Part shown: piece after piece, positions 23,514-35,260 of the stretch | Layout: each line of letters starts with the position of its first letter | Numbering within the stretch: the first letter of the stretch is position 1 | Virus record (IMG/VR): IMGVR_UViG_3300028833_002847 | From: a virus | DNA: 55,153 nucleotides | Reading direction: 5' to 3' (one strand) | Position numbers and translations under genes: made by a program | Notes under the pieces: generated by a model | What the model was told of the DNA's origin: nothing | Database searches by the model: none | Seen by the model: the letters and a program-made list of their open reading frames with translations, nothing else

Positions 23514-26500
23514 TTAATTATATTGAATTGTATAAGTATCAGCTATATTTGGTGGAATAGCATTAAACTCTTCATTATTAGTATTAACATAAGTAATTAA
23601 TGATGTGCTTGGCTCTCTAGCTGTAAAGTTCTTATTACCAACAAAATAAGCACCAATTAAATTACCAGTAATAATTGTATCAAGAGCATATCCACCTTGA
23701 GCACCAGTTTCAGCAGTTAAGAAATCTGTTGTATCTGGTAATGCATTCGTGTTATTTCTATAAAGACCCATCTTAGAGAATTTATAAATATATTCTCTAC
23801 CATCTGAAACTTCAGCCAAATAAATAATACAATATACGGTAGTACGATTACCACTGTTAAAATTAACAAGATATTCATAAGATTGTTCTGAAGCCATATT
23901 ATTAAAATTAACACTACTAACAATAGAATCTGAAATACCACCTTGATAATTAGATGCACTTCCCGCAATATAATATCTAGCATTTCCATTATATCCACTA
24001 GGAGTATTAAAAGCTAATGAAAAAGTATAATTTGTATTAGCAATAACAGAGAGTGGTATAACAATTTTTTCATATCCGCCACGTCCTGTTAACTTCATGG
24101 TATTTATATCATTAACATTATCATACTCATTATTAAAATTAGTATTTGCATAATTATCAATATTATAACGATTTCAATTATTAATATTCTTTTGATTTGC
24201 AGTTAATAAATTAGTATTATCTAATGTTTCAGTAGAAATAATATTTAATTTACTTAAGTCTAATTCTTTAATTCCTTTACAACCAGCAAGAACACCTTTA
24301 GCATTAATTCTTGTAGTTGAATTACCAGAAATAACATTTTGTAGTAGGAATCCTGGTAATGTAAATGCACTTGGAATAAAACTGTATTCTTCATTTACTA
24401 ATGTTCTGGTAGTCCCAAGTTTCTCACAATTTTGGAACATATAAGAAATATCAGTAGGAATTAAAGTAGGCATATCAATTGGGAATTTAATAGAATAAAG
24501 ATTTCTGCAATTTTGGAACAATCTTGGTAATTTCTTTAATACATCATTATCAAATTCTCAATCTTCAATATCTATTGTTTCAAGATTAGTACAATCAGCA
24601 AAAATATAAGATAATGAACTTAATCCTGTAACATTTCAATTATTTAAATCTAAGCTTGTTAATGAACTGCATTGATAAAATGCTCCATCTAAATTAGAAA
24701 AATTAAATAAACCATTTGTTGCTGGTTGATTAAAAGTAGATAAACTTGTACATCCAACAAATAATTCTTTAGCATTCAAAGGATTTTGTCCAACTTGATT
24801 AAAGAAAGTTAATGTTTCAAGTTGATTATCATTCATAAACATTGTTTCAATATTCGCAAGAGCATTTGTTTCAAAATAAGTTAAATCAATACTCTTTAAG
24901 GATACACAATTATTAAAACAATTCTTAAATGATTGATTCTTAGCTGTATTAAATAAAGTAAAATCAAATGATTCCATTGAACGACATTCTTGGAAAGCAC
25001 TTTCAAAAGTAGTAACTGAATAAGTGTTAATATAGGCAAAGTTAATTTGTTCCAATGCCCGCATTCCTCTAAATAAGCTTTCACAATTCTTATTAAATAA
25101 AATAAATCGTTCATTTGTTACTATTGTCATAGTAGCTGTTTCTTCATCTCACTTAGCATAAGCTCCAGCTCTATTATAGTAACATCCAATCCCATACCAA
25201 CTACTATCATTTTCAAAGAATTCTTCATTTTGATCTCCAGTAGCAAGTTGGAAATTAATAATTTTAATATTAGAATCCATTTGACTATAGCTTGTAGAAC
25301 TATAAGCGATACCAGAAGCGAGATATTTAAGATAACCATTAACTTCTCTACCAGTAGAAAGAGCTCCACAACCATAATATGTTTTTAATCCAGTATAAAT
25401 ACCTCAATCCATATCATAAATTTGTTCTGGTAAAATGTCTATACTAGCATTAGCTTCATACATATAAATTGGGAAGCATGGTTGATATCAAGTATAAATA
25501 TCTGTTAAAGTATATAAATTAGTTTCTACTTTAACTGGTATAAATAAATTTGAATCATAAGAATTACCAACATATAATTCTCTTAAATTTGAACAATTCT
25601 TCAACATATTTTGAGCGTTAATAGAATGAGCTTTTGCAGTTCCATCGTCATTATCTGCTCCATGTAATATTCAAGTTGTTCAATCAATACTTTTTATTTG
25701 ATAACAACCTTGTAACATTTTTTGATAATTAGTTACATGATAAGTACTAAAAGGAAAATGAAACTCGTTAAATAAAATACAATTTTCAAACATTGATTCA
25801 ACATTAGTAACATTTCTTGTACTATCAAAATCATAAAAGAAAGTAATATCTTCAAGTTTTAAATTTTTACAATTATAAAACATATAAGATAAATCTGTAC
25901 ATTTAACAGGCTCAAAACTAAAAATACTAACACCTGTTAAATTAGTACAATTTCTAAATAACGACTTCATATTTAAAGCATTTGAAGTATCTCAAAGAGT
26001 AAAATCTAATATTTGATTACCTTTCCAATCTTGGAAAAATGCTTCAAAACTTTGTAATGCTGAAACATCTCATTGTCTTGTATTTAAATAAGCAGCACAA
26101 TTAGCAAACATTTGTTGAACATTTGCATTAGCATTAAATACTCAACCATTATTTGTTTTAATTTCTCCAAGAGCAGTACAACCAGAAAAAATTTGATTTA
26201 ATGTAGTAGCTCCTGAAATATCAAAACCAGATAAATCTAAAACAGTTAAACAAACACAATTTTGAAATGTTTGTTGTAAATTTGTTAAAGCATTGGTAGT
26301 AATTCATTTAGAACAATCAAGATTTGATAATTTTGTACAATTTCTAAAAGCATATCTTAAATTTTGTAATTTAGATAATCTTTTAAATCTAGTAGTAATA
26401 CTTCCAAGTGCGGGACATCCATCAAAAGTACATTCCATATTAACAATATTTCTTCCTTCATCCAAAAAAGAAATATCAATTTTATCTAATAATACACAGG

Positions 26501-27167
26501 CTGCAAAAGCATATTGTAAATTCTGAACATCATATCCACAATGATAATCAACATAATTAATATCTGGAAACTTAATTTCCATTATTTGTGAGCAACCATT
26601 AAAGATATAAGACATATCTATAATATTTGTAAAATCATTTACAGAAAAATCAATTCCCGCAAGTCCTTTACAATTTTGAAACATAAAACTAATATTGCTA
26701 GTTTTAGTTAAATTTAAATAGTTCATACTATTTATTAATCAAAGTTTATCAAGTCCCGCAAAGAAATAAGACATATCTGCTCCTGCAATAACAGGACCTT
26801 CAAAACTTACTAATTTAATAAAACTTCTATAATCATACCAAGGAGAGTTTGTTTTTCCAGTATCCCGCACAAAATCTTTTCCATTTTCACATTTCCCTCG
26901 ACTTATATCAGGCAGGACTCCCGCATATAAAAACAAAACTCCCTTAGTAGAAATTTCTCAAGAACAAGTTCCAAAAGTACCAGAATATAAAGGCGTTTTA
27001 TCATGAAGAAAAGAGGTGACGAAAGTATTAGTCTGAATTGAACGAATAGCGTCAGCCATTTCTCCAACTTTATAATTTTTAGAATAATCTCCTAATTTAT
27101 TTCTAATAGCATTACCCATATCTGTTAGATATTGTTTGCTAATAATCACCCTTTTCTCTTCACTCAT
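23514..27167 (-). CDS. BspA/DUF285-type LRR protein paralog A (about 1217 aa, table 4)
   Basis: ATG overlaps the tail fiber stop (TAATG at 27165-27169). Fragments 26958-27167, 26739-26936, 26304-26726, 25680-25970, 24636-25130, 24174-24521 and 23514-24098 all share one frame. Junction 26958 checked and is TGA. Real stop TAA 23514-23516. Has the N-module MSEEKRVIISKQYLTDMGNAIRNKLG and C-module ...ADTYTIQYN. Confidence 0.6.
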
Positions 27168-29206
27168 TAGAACTCCATTCCATCTGCATATTCATAATCT
27201 GGAATATAAAAAGTGACAGTTTCACCATTAATAGTAATACTTCCCAATTCAATTCCACTCTCATAAACTGAAGTTGCAGATACCATATCCTTATTGACGG
27301 AAACTCGCCCATCTCCTGTAATAATTAAATTATCTCCAATTTTGATACCACCAATTACATCTGCTGTTGCTATTGGCATAGAACCAATAGTACCATCAGG
27401 ATTAATAACAGTAGTACCAATAATATCATCAATCATACTATTAGTAGTTTCTTTTACATCAAGAACACCTGCTCCACTAATAGTAAAGCTATTTTCACTA
27501 GCAATTATACCACCTAAAACACTATTAGAAGCAGGATTCAAATGAACAGTATAACTACCATCTTGTTCTAATTCTTGTCTAAAAGTAGAAGAAAGTGCGG
27601 GTAATGTTAAACTTCTATTTCTAACACTTTTCTCATGTCCGTATTGATCAAAAATAATATAAGGGAAGATTAATTGACCACCAAGCATTAAATTAGCTGC
27701 ATCTTGATATCCAGCAGCCGTCATAACACCAGAACCACTATCATGTGTAATGGTCATTCCTAAATCTTCATCATAAATAATTTTTAATCCACTATCTTCT
27801 AATATATTTAAAGCTAATACATTATTTTCAGTTAAATAAATAGGACTAATATCTGAATCTACTCTTACACCACCTAATGCAGATTTAGTGGCTGCTGGTA
27901 ATACATAAGCAGTTCTAACAGACAAAGTTCCTAAAGCATCTACAACAATTGTTCTACCATCAACCATAACAGAACCAAGAGTTGTAGTAGATGCTATTTT
28001 AGTATTAGCGGAAATATGACCTTCATCATCTATTGTAATTGTATCATTATCAATTTTAACTCCACCTAAACGATCATGAGTCGCCATTGTAATTGAAAAA
28101 TCTGAAAAAGTAGTAGATAAAACTCCATTTTCATCTATTTGAAGAGTTTCACCATCAACTATAATACCACCTAGAGTTGATTCTGTAGCCATAGGTAACT
28201 CATAGCTAAAAACACTACTAATAGTACCAGTAGCATCAATAGTAATAGTTTCATTATCTACCATAACTCCACCTAAAGTATTATTAGATGCCATAGGTAA
28301 TTCATATGAGCTATCTATTGTAGAAATAACTCCATTTTCAATAACAATAGAAGTATTATCAGGTCTAACTAAACCATAAGAAGAATCATCTGCAAATGGT
28401 ACAGAAATTACTCCACGGTCATTAATTAAAATAGTTTGACCATCTGGAATAACTCCACCAAGAATTGATAAAGTAGCAATAGGTAATGTATAACTTTGCG
28501 GGAAATCAACAGACAAATAACCATCCTCATCAATTGTTACATTGTCCCCTGCCCGCACAATACCTAAAGTATTATCTGTAGCAACGGGTAAAGCTAAATC
28601 TGTAAAATCGACATGGATAAAACCATATTCATCCATTTTAATAGATTCATTATCAATTCTTACACCACCTAAAACAGATGATGAGGCTCTTGGTAATTCA
28701 TAAATAGTATCTGTAGCAGATAAGACACCATCTTGAGTAATTTGAAGATTTTCACCAACTTTAATTCCTCCTAAAGTATTAGCTGTAGCAGGATTTAAAG
28801 TATATTGTTTTGCGCTTAAAACTCCATTTTCTACAAAGATAGTAGTATTATCTGGTCTTGAAATACCTTTAGTATAAGCAGTAGCATCTCCAATAGAAGA
28901 AATATCTGGTGTAGTTCCACTTTCAGAATCTCCACCTTCTCCATTAGTAATATCTGAAATTTCTTCATTAGTAGCAATAGTATCATTACCTGTACCACTG
29001 CCACCCCCACTACCACCAACTACTGTTAATACTCCTTGATTAACAGTAATTGTTTCATTATCTGGCATTACTAGTCCCGCAACGGAAGCTGTAGCAAGTG
29101 CTAATTTAGCATCAATTAAACGCATATTTTCATTAAAGATACTAATATCAGCATCTTCATTATAATCTGGTAATGTTAGTCCCAAATTGGGTGTATAAGT
29201 TGCCAT
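27167..29206 (-). CDS. tail fiber protein with about 12 tandem ~28-aa repeats (679 aa)
   Basis: RBS GGAGGATAG before ATG. Repeated motif (S/N)TLGG(V/I)x(V/I)D(N/G)(E/D)TIxIDxxGx(I/L)S(V/T). Gly-rich segment SGGGSGTG. Sits downstream of the baseplate genes. Confidence 0.6.
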   Translation of the reverse strand: MATYTPNLGLTLPDYNEDADISIFNENMRLIDAKLALATASVAGLVMPDNETITVNQGVLTVVGGSGGGSGTGNDTIATNEEISDITNGEGGDSESGTTPDISSIGDATAYTKGISRPDNTTIFVENGVLSAKQYTLNPATANTLGGIKVGENLQITQDGVLSATDTIYELPRASSSVLGGVRIDNESIKMDEYGFIHVDFTDLALPVATDNTLGIVRAGDNVTIDEDGYLSVDFPQSYTLPIATLSILGGVIPDGQTILINDRGVISVPFADDSSYGLVRPDNTSIVIENGVISTIDSSYELPMASNNTLGGVMVDNETITIDATGTISSVFSYELPMATESTLGGIIVDGETLQIDENGVLSTTFSDFSITMATHDRLGGVKIDNDTITIDDEGHISANTKIASTTTLGSVMVDGRTIVVDALGTLSVRTAYVLPAATKSALGGVRVDSDISPIYLTENNVLALNILEDSGLKIIYDEDLGMTITHDSGSGVMTAAGYQDAANLMLGGQLIFPYIIFDQYGHEKSVRNRSLTLPALSSTFRQELEQDGSYTVHLNPASNSVLGGIIASENSFTISGAGVLDVKETTNSMIDDIIGTTVINPDGTIGSMPIATADVIGGIKIGDNLIITGDGRVSVNKDMVSATSVYESGIELGSITINGETVTFYIPDYEYADGMEF

Positions 29207-29218
29207 CTATCCTCCGTT

Positions 29219-31462
29219 CTATCCTTCATAAACCGTTTGCCAGCTATCATTTTTAATATTTCCTCAAGATCCCTGGTCTAATATATCTTGCCATGTTTGC
29301 GGGCTATGGAGATTACTATTATTTCTATCTATAAACTCGCTACATGTAATACTGCTAGTTCCAGTTGGTTCTAAAGGAATAGTTATCGTTTGAATAATAT
29401 AATTCCCATGAGTATTAGTGCTTTCATCATTAATACTTATTCGACTATTGGGTTCAAGATATAAATTTGGAATAATTGTTAAATTAATTGTAGTTGCATA
29501 ATTAGTATGTGCATATAATTGATATTTAATTTGTTCATATGCTGGATTATAAAAACCACCTAATGCTAATGCATTATAAACATTTTTTGTTACTTGTGTT
29601 CAAGGTTGAAAATTAGCATTACATTCTGCAATAGCTTCTTGTAGATTAGTATCATCTACACTCAAAAAAACTAAATTAGGAATATCAGCAGCAAATAAAC
29701 AATTTACATCATCATTATTATCTACAAGTGTTCTAATTCCAATATTATTAACACTAAAAATTCCTATGGAAGAAGTTGGTTCAATAAAATCTAAAAAATA
29801 ATTCCCATCACATAAAGATTGAATTCTCTTAGAACCTTTTTCTTTTACTCTATAGAAACAATTATTTTCTAAATCATACATTTGAGGTCAGAAAGCTTCA
29901 AGCTCCGCAAAATATCTATTACTTTGTGTACCATTCTTTTGAGCTTCTAAACCTTGATAATATAACTCTGTTCTTCAATCTGTTGGAGTTACAAAAGCAG
30001 AAAATTTAACAAACACATGTTCTTTCCATTTTTCTCCATCTCAAGAATAAACAGTATTATCTTGTTTATTGTAATATATTAATCCTATAATTCCTGGTAA
30101 TCCACTATTAGTTGGATTAGAATTTACAATTAAAGGAACAATAGCTTTAGTATAATCCGTATCAGTTTCTTTATATAAAAGAATATCTGAATGTTCAGAT
30201 AATTGTGGTTTTTTATCAATTGCTAAATGATAAAAAACATCACTGTTGATTCCAGAAAAAGTATTTTTTCTTAATCCATGAATGATATAATCATTCTTAA
30301 TATTAGTATAATTAGGATTTTTATTAATACTAATTATATTTATTCCATCATCAAAAGAATAAACCTCTGTAGGATTTGATATTTCAATCTCATAAGCAGA
30401 TAATGTACCAGTAAAAATTAAATTACTACCAGAAGTTCCAAGTCTATCCAATAGTACAGAAGATTGAGATTTATTTAAATAATTTTTAATTTCTCTAAAA
30501 TGAAATAATCCAAATTCATCATAAAAATACTCAAAATTTCCTAATGTATTTTTAATGGTATCTAAAATATTTACAATATTATCTCCAGCATTTGCAATTA
30601 ATTCATCTGGATATGTAAAGTCTGTATTCAAGTAACCTACATCATCTCCATATGATTTAATTAATACATTAGTTAAATCAGCAGGTTCGTCTATGGTTGC
30701 TTGATAAGTAATATAATTAATATTATCAATTGTTTGCTCTTGCGGGATAAGATATAAGGGAGAACTCCCAACTCATTTCATAACTTCCTTTGCCCGCAAA
30801 GGTACATCTTCTATAATAATATTATTTAATGGTTCATTACCAAAATGATTTAATAATTCTTGAATTATACTAATTATAGGAACTTTTTTAGTAACATAAC
30901 TTCCATCAGGTTCTTGCGTTCTTAACGTATCTAAAATAACCGTTGAAGGAAAAATTCCTCCTGAATCTCCATTTAAAAGACTCATTTTATCATTTAAGTT
31001 TAAAGTAATATTAACAGCAGAACTTAAACTAGATACACAAGAAAATTTATTTAAAACAAATAAACCTTGCGGAAATCACAAAATTGGATAATCACTATAA
31101 TATTCAGTATTATTTTTAATTCCAATTTCTACAAAAATTTTTTTATTTATAGAGAATATATAATTAATATCTTCAATATTAACTTCTCCACCACTTACAG
31201 TAAAATTTAAAGTGCCTGTTCGTCTCATAGCAGAATTACCATCTTTGTTAATGGTTCCACTAACAGCTTCTCCTTGAATTTCTTTAATTGGATTTTCATC
31301 TCAATCTAAAAGAGTTATTAAAACATACTTCTTTTGATTGATTTCTCATTCTAAAGATTTTAGAAAAGCTTGTTGAGATTCCTTGTCTGAAGTGTCATTT
31401 TGAAGATAAGGATATTTCTTAACAAACACTCTTCCTCCTTTTACTTCATAAAATTCATTCAT
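29219..31462 (-). CDS. tail/baseplate structural protein (about 747 aa, table 4)
   Basis: Fragments 30773-30985, 30041-30631 and 29600-29881 share a frame. Start ATG 31462 follows a terminator. Stop TAG 29219-29221, just upstream of the fiber RBS. No specific domain recognised. Confidence 0.45.
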
Positions 31463-31465
31463 AAA

Positions 31466-31504
31466 TTAATAAAAAAGTGGGCAAAAAAATTCTACATTTT
31501 TGCC
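31466..31504 (-). terminator. intrinsic terminator
   Basis: Minus-strand transcript forms GGGCAAAAA-loop-UUUUUGCCC followed by ACUUUUUUAUU. Lies 15 nt after the stop (31519) of the upstream gene. Confidence 0.55.
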
Positions 31505-31518
31505 CAATCTACAAAGTT

Positions 31519-33177
31519 TTATTCAATAGAAATTATGCCTAGTTTGTGCATGTTATCTAGAGAATCTGCATCTGCTACTTCATAAGCCGTAGCTGAAAAA
31601 TTATATAATCTTCTTGAAGTTCCTTGGAAAGGAGTAAGAGATATATCTGTGAGTATTACAATTAAATTACCTTCTGTTTCTGAACGTAATAATTTAGGTT
31701 CTCCATCATTTAATCAATTTAAAAGTTCTTTTCTAAATATTCTTTCTCACAAATAATCATTATATTCTGTAATTTGTTGATTATTATTATAATTATTATA
31801 AAGATTTTTAACTTCTGTATTAAAAATATCAGATTTATTTAAAAATAATGCTTGTTCATCTTCTTGACTAGAAATTAATCCACCAAATTGAAGAGACATA
31901 TAATTCATTTTACCATTTTCCGCAAACTTAGGATACTTTCCTCCTAAAGTATCAAACTTAGTTCTATTAATATTCTGTCTGTAAGAAGTAATATTAATAT
32001 TATAAGCTAATTTAATTTGCTTATCTGCTCTTGATAAAATTATATCATAAAAATCATTTATAATAGCTTGTGTAGTATAAACAGGAGTAAATAAATCTTC
32101 TGCTTCATTAATAGAATTAGCATATCCAGCTTGTACTGAATACTTATATCAAACCATACTTTCTATAGTGTTATCTGTAATAGAAATATTAAATTTACCA
32201 TTTGTACCAATATTTTTAATAATTTTTAAATCTTCTCAAACAGTAAAATTACTTGAACTTGATGTTCTTTTTACATATAAATTACAACATTTTCCTGAAT
32301 ACTGAATATCATTTTTAACATTTAAAATTATTAAACCATTCTCATTATCAGATTCTACCGTAAGAGTAGGATTAAAATATTGTGATTGTTGATTTTCTAC
32401 AATTGTAATATAATAATCTTTAAAATCTGAATATAAATGTTTAGTTGTATATTCTACTCTAATAGTATAATTTCCAGCACTTAAATTTAAATTCATTAAA
32501 TTTAATCTATAATATAAATGATTTACTTTTATATTATTACTAGTATAAACTTTTTCAGAAGAATATAAAATAGCATTATTACTGTTTCTAACACTAATAA
32601 CGAAATAATGTAAATTATCTTCCGAAGTTAAATCACCATTTATTAATAAGATTCCTTGATTAATAGAAGTCCTAGAAGAACTATTATCAGATAAATTTTG
32701 CATATTTAAAACAGGAGCTACAATTGGTTGTAATAAACAAACTGTAGACCATTCAGAAAAATTTTCTTGATTTGTATTTAAATATTCAGCAGTAGAATTT
32801 GGAACTGTTCCACTTCCCGCGGAAGCAGTTTTATCAAATCTAATTTGTAATTTATAAATTTTATTAATATTTCAACCAGTTATAATACTATTATTATGTC
32901 TTTCTTTAATAATATCAGTTGGTTTCAAAGTAATATAATAACCATTATCATCATGATTAATTCTTTGAATTATAATTCCAGTATTAGCAGCTCCAGTATT
33001 TAAAACATTTTCATTAGTATCTTGAGAAACTAAGGCAACATGAACATAATTAACATCTAATGCTGTATTATAAGGAGAAAAAGCATAATAAAATTTAGCA
33101 TCTTGTAAATATGAAAAGGCTGGAGCTATAGAATCTATCTGTGGAGGATATAAAGTATTAATAATTGTTCCTGCCAT
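31519..33177 (-). CDS. tail/baseplate structural protein (about 552 aa, table 4)
   Basis: RBS AGAGGGAGG before ATG 33177. Fragments 32872-33177 and 32236-32703 share a frame. Stop TAA 31519-31521 found by manual walk. Confidence 0.45.
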
Positions 33178-33197
33178 AGCCTCCCTCTTTCTTTATT

Positions 33198-33410
33198 TTA
33201 TTCTACAGATTCTTCTTCCTCATTTTCTTCAGGCTCTTGGACTGTAATAGCTGTAATAAATTCTTGGAAGATATCATCTTTAAGTTCAACTAAATAACTA
33301 TTAACAGCATCTTCCATCATATAAGCTGGAACCTGATTTTGTTGTCTAATTGAAGAAAGAACTCTTTTAACCATTTTTTGAACTTCTAATCTTAATTGTT
33401 GTTCTACCAT
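33198..33410 (-). CDS. small acidic protein (70 aa), unknown function
   Basis: Strong RBS AAGGAGG. Complete ORF with a Glu-rich tail. Confidence 0.5.
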   Translation of the reverse strand: MVEQQLRLEVQKMVKRVLSSIRQQNQVPAYMMEDAVNSYLVELKDDIFQEFITAITVQEPEENEEEESVE

Positions 33411-33445
33411 GAGAACCTCCTTGTATCTCTAAAAACCTTATTTAT

Positions 33446-33475
33446 ATTATACCCATTTTTTAAAAAATTTATACA
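33446..33475 (-). promoter_or_regulatory. candidate late promoter (motif AAAAAATGGGTATAATATAA)
   Basis: TATAAT at forward 33446-33451 (read on the minus strand) preceded by TGGG. The -35 region is weak. A near-identical 20-nt motif recurs at 50540. Confidence 0.35.
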
Positions 33476-33482
33476 CAAATTT

Positions 33483-35249
33483 TTAATGTGGGTAGACAGT
33501 AATTTTAACAGTATGACTATCTATTTCAGAAGAACTTCCTGTTTTTAAAGTAAAAGAATTTACTATATATCTATTTGTGTCGTATATTTCAACGGTATCT
33601 GGAAGAGTGTCTATTACCAATATTCCTTCAACTGATGAAGCATCTATTTCATCTATTCTACCAGTATGGACATCTGTAATATATACTTTTCTAGGTGCTT
33701 GTACAACTTGTCTACCATTTAACGTAGAACCACTAGTTTGAGAATGTACAATTTTGTGATCAACAGCATTATCACAAATAATATGAAAAGTTATTTGACC
33801 TTTTGGTAAAGGTCTGTCATTACCAGAGACAAATTGTACAGAATAAACTTTATTAGCTTTCTTACGTTCTTCATATAATGTAGAACCACCTGAACCAGTA
33901 TGACTTTCAAGATATTCTAATTTCATATCTTGTAAAGCTGCATCTTGACTTGCTTTATCACTATTTTTAGTATAAATATTATCTGTTAATTGATTCATTT
34001 CTGCTTTTGAAGCTCTACGAACTTCTTTAGCATAATAAGTATCATCTTCAAAAATAGTTGATTTTTGTCATGTTAATTGACCAGAACGAGGACTTAAATA
34101 AAGAACTTTATTACTAGCGTGAGAAAGAATAATTTGTTCAATTTTTTCTTCATCCCAATTCATTTCAGCTCTTTTTTGTAAATCTGGTTCTCCATAATGA
34201 TGATAGTTAGCTTGTACTAACTCATCAAAAGGAATAACAAAATAAATTCCTCCAATACCATATTCCATTCTAGCAGCATCATAAACTCTAACCTGAATTC
34301 CAGTAACACCATTTTGACGCCAATAGGCCCCAGATCAAAGTCCTTGACCAGAATATCAAAAATTAGAAAGATTATGAACCGGATATCAATCATGAGTTAA
34401 TCAATATTCAAAAATTAAACCATCATCAGTATAATATCTATGACTATTACCAAATTTGATTCTTTCTCCAGAATGATTATTAAAAGCATTACTATAAGCA
34501 TCACCTATTTTAGCATGATTTAAAGTATCAATACTAAGTCCAGGCATCCAACCCATAGAAGTATAACTTGTAGCAGGTCCAACAGCCTCAGCTATATCAC
34601 CACTAAAATTATACATTATTTCAACATTATTAATAACATTGAATTCTCATCCACCTTGCGTAGCATCTTGAGGATCTCAAACAGTATCGCCATGTTTCTG
34701 AACAGATTCAAGACCCAATAGAATGGAATTAGTTTGTACTTTGCGGGACAAGCCTGAAAATCCTGTAATGTTTCCATTACTATCTAAGATTGGCTCAATA
34801 TTTCCGTTTGGCATTACTATCTTATTTCAAGCTCAATCTTGACCCATTGCTGCTCCTTTATAGGAGGTGCCTCCTCGATTGTCCATCCAATTTGTACCAG
34901 ATAATGTTGCAGCATCAAAGTCAAAAGGTTGACCAATATCAACTTCTGACGTAAAAGGAGCAAATCCCGCAGGTTTCATAGGAGTTCTAGTAGTAATATT
35001 TACAGTCGCTTGAAAAGGAAACAATTGTCATTGTCCTCCACCAGCATTAAAATATAAATCTCTAGTGTTTCCAAAATTAAAACCGAGAGGGGCATTTATC
35101 TTTCCTCTCATCGTTGTATTATAAATATATCCTAAAGGATAAAATAAATGCCCTCTATATCATACTTCTTTTACATGATTATTACCATAATAAATAGGTT
35201 CATTTCAAGTACGAAAGGAAGCATCTCTATAGTTAACTTCATTAAACAA
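33483..35249 (-). CDS. tail/baseplate structural protein (about 588 aa, table 4)
   Basis: Probable TTG start at 35249, 7 nt after SD AGGAGG. Fragments 34833-35024, 34401-34616, 34068-34268 and 33483-33998 share a frame. Stop TAA 33483-33485. Confidence 0.45.
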
Positions 35250-35260
35250 TAGATTACCTC

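Noticed and set aside
14101-25375. Minus-strand ORFs in off-frames (14101-14307, 19699-19887, 22708-22968, 23717-23998, 24896-25114, 25127-25375, 28831-29019, 52221-52451, 52527-52781, 53510-53692)
   Set aside because: They are out of frame relative to the continuous table-4 reading frames. Their composition is typical of shifted-frame noise.
8156-27167. Diversity-generating retroelement targeting the C-terminal modules of the LRR proteins
   Set aside because: No reverse transcriptase gene and no template/variable near-identical repeat pair with adenine-specific differences are visible. The C-terminal modules differ broadly, not at A positions only.
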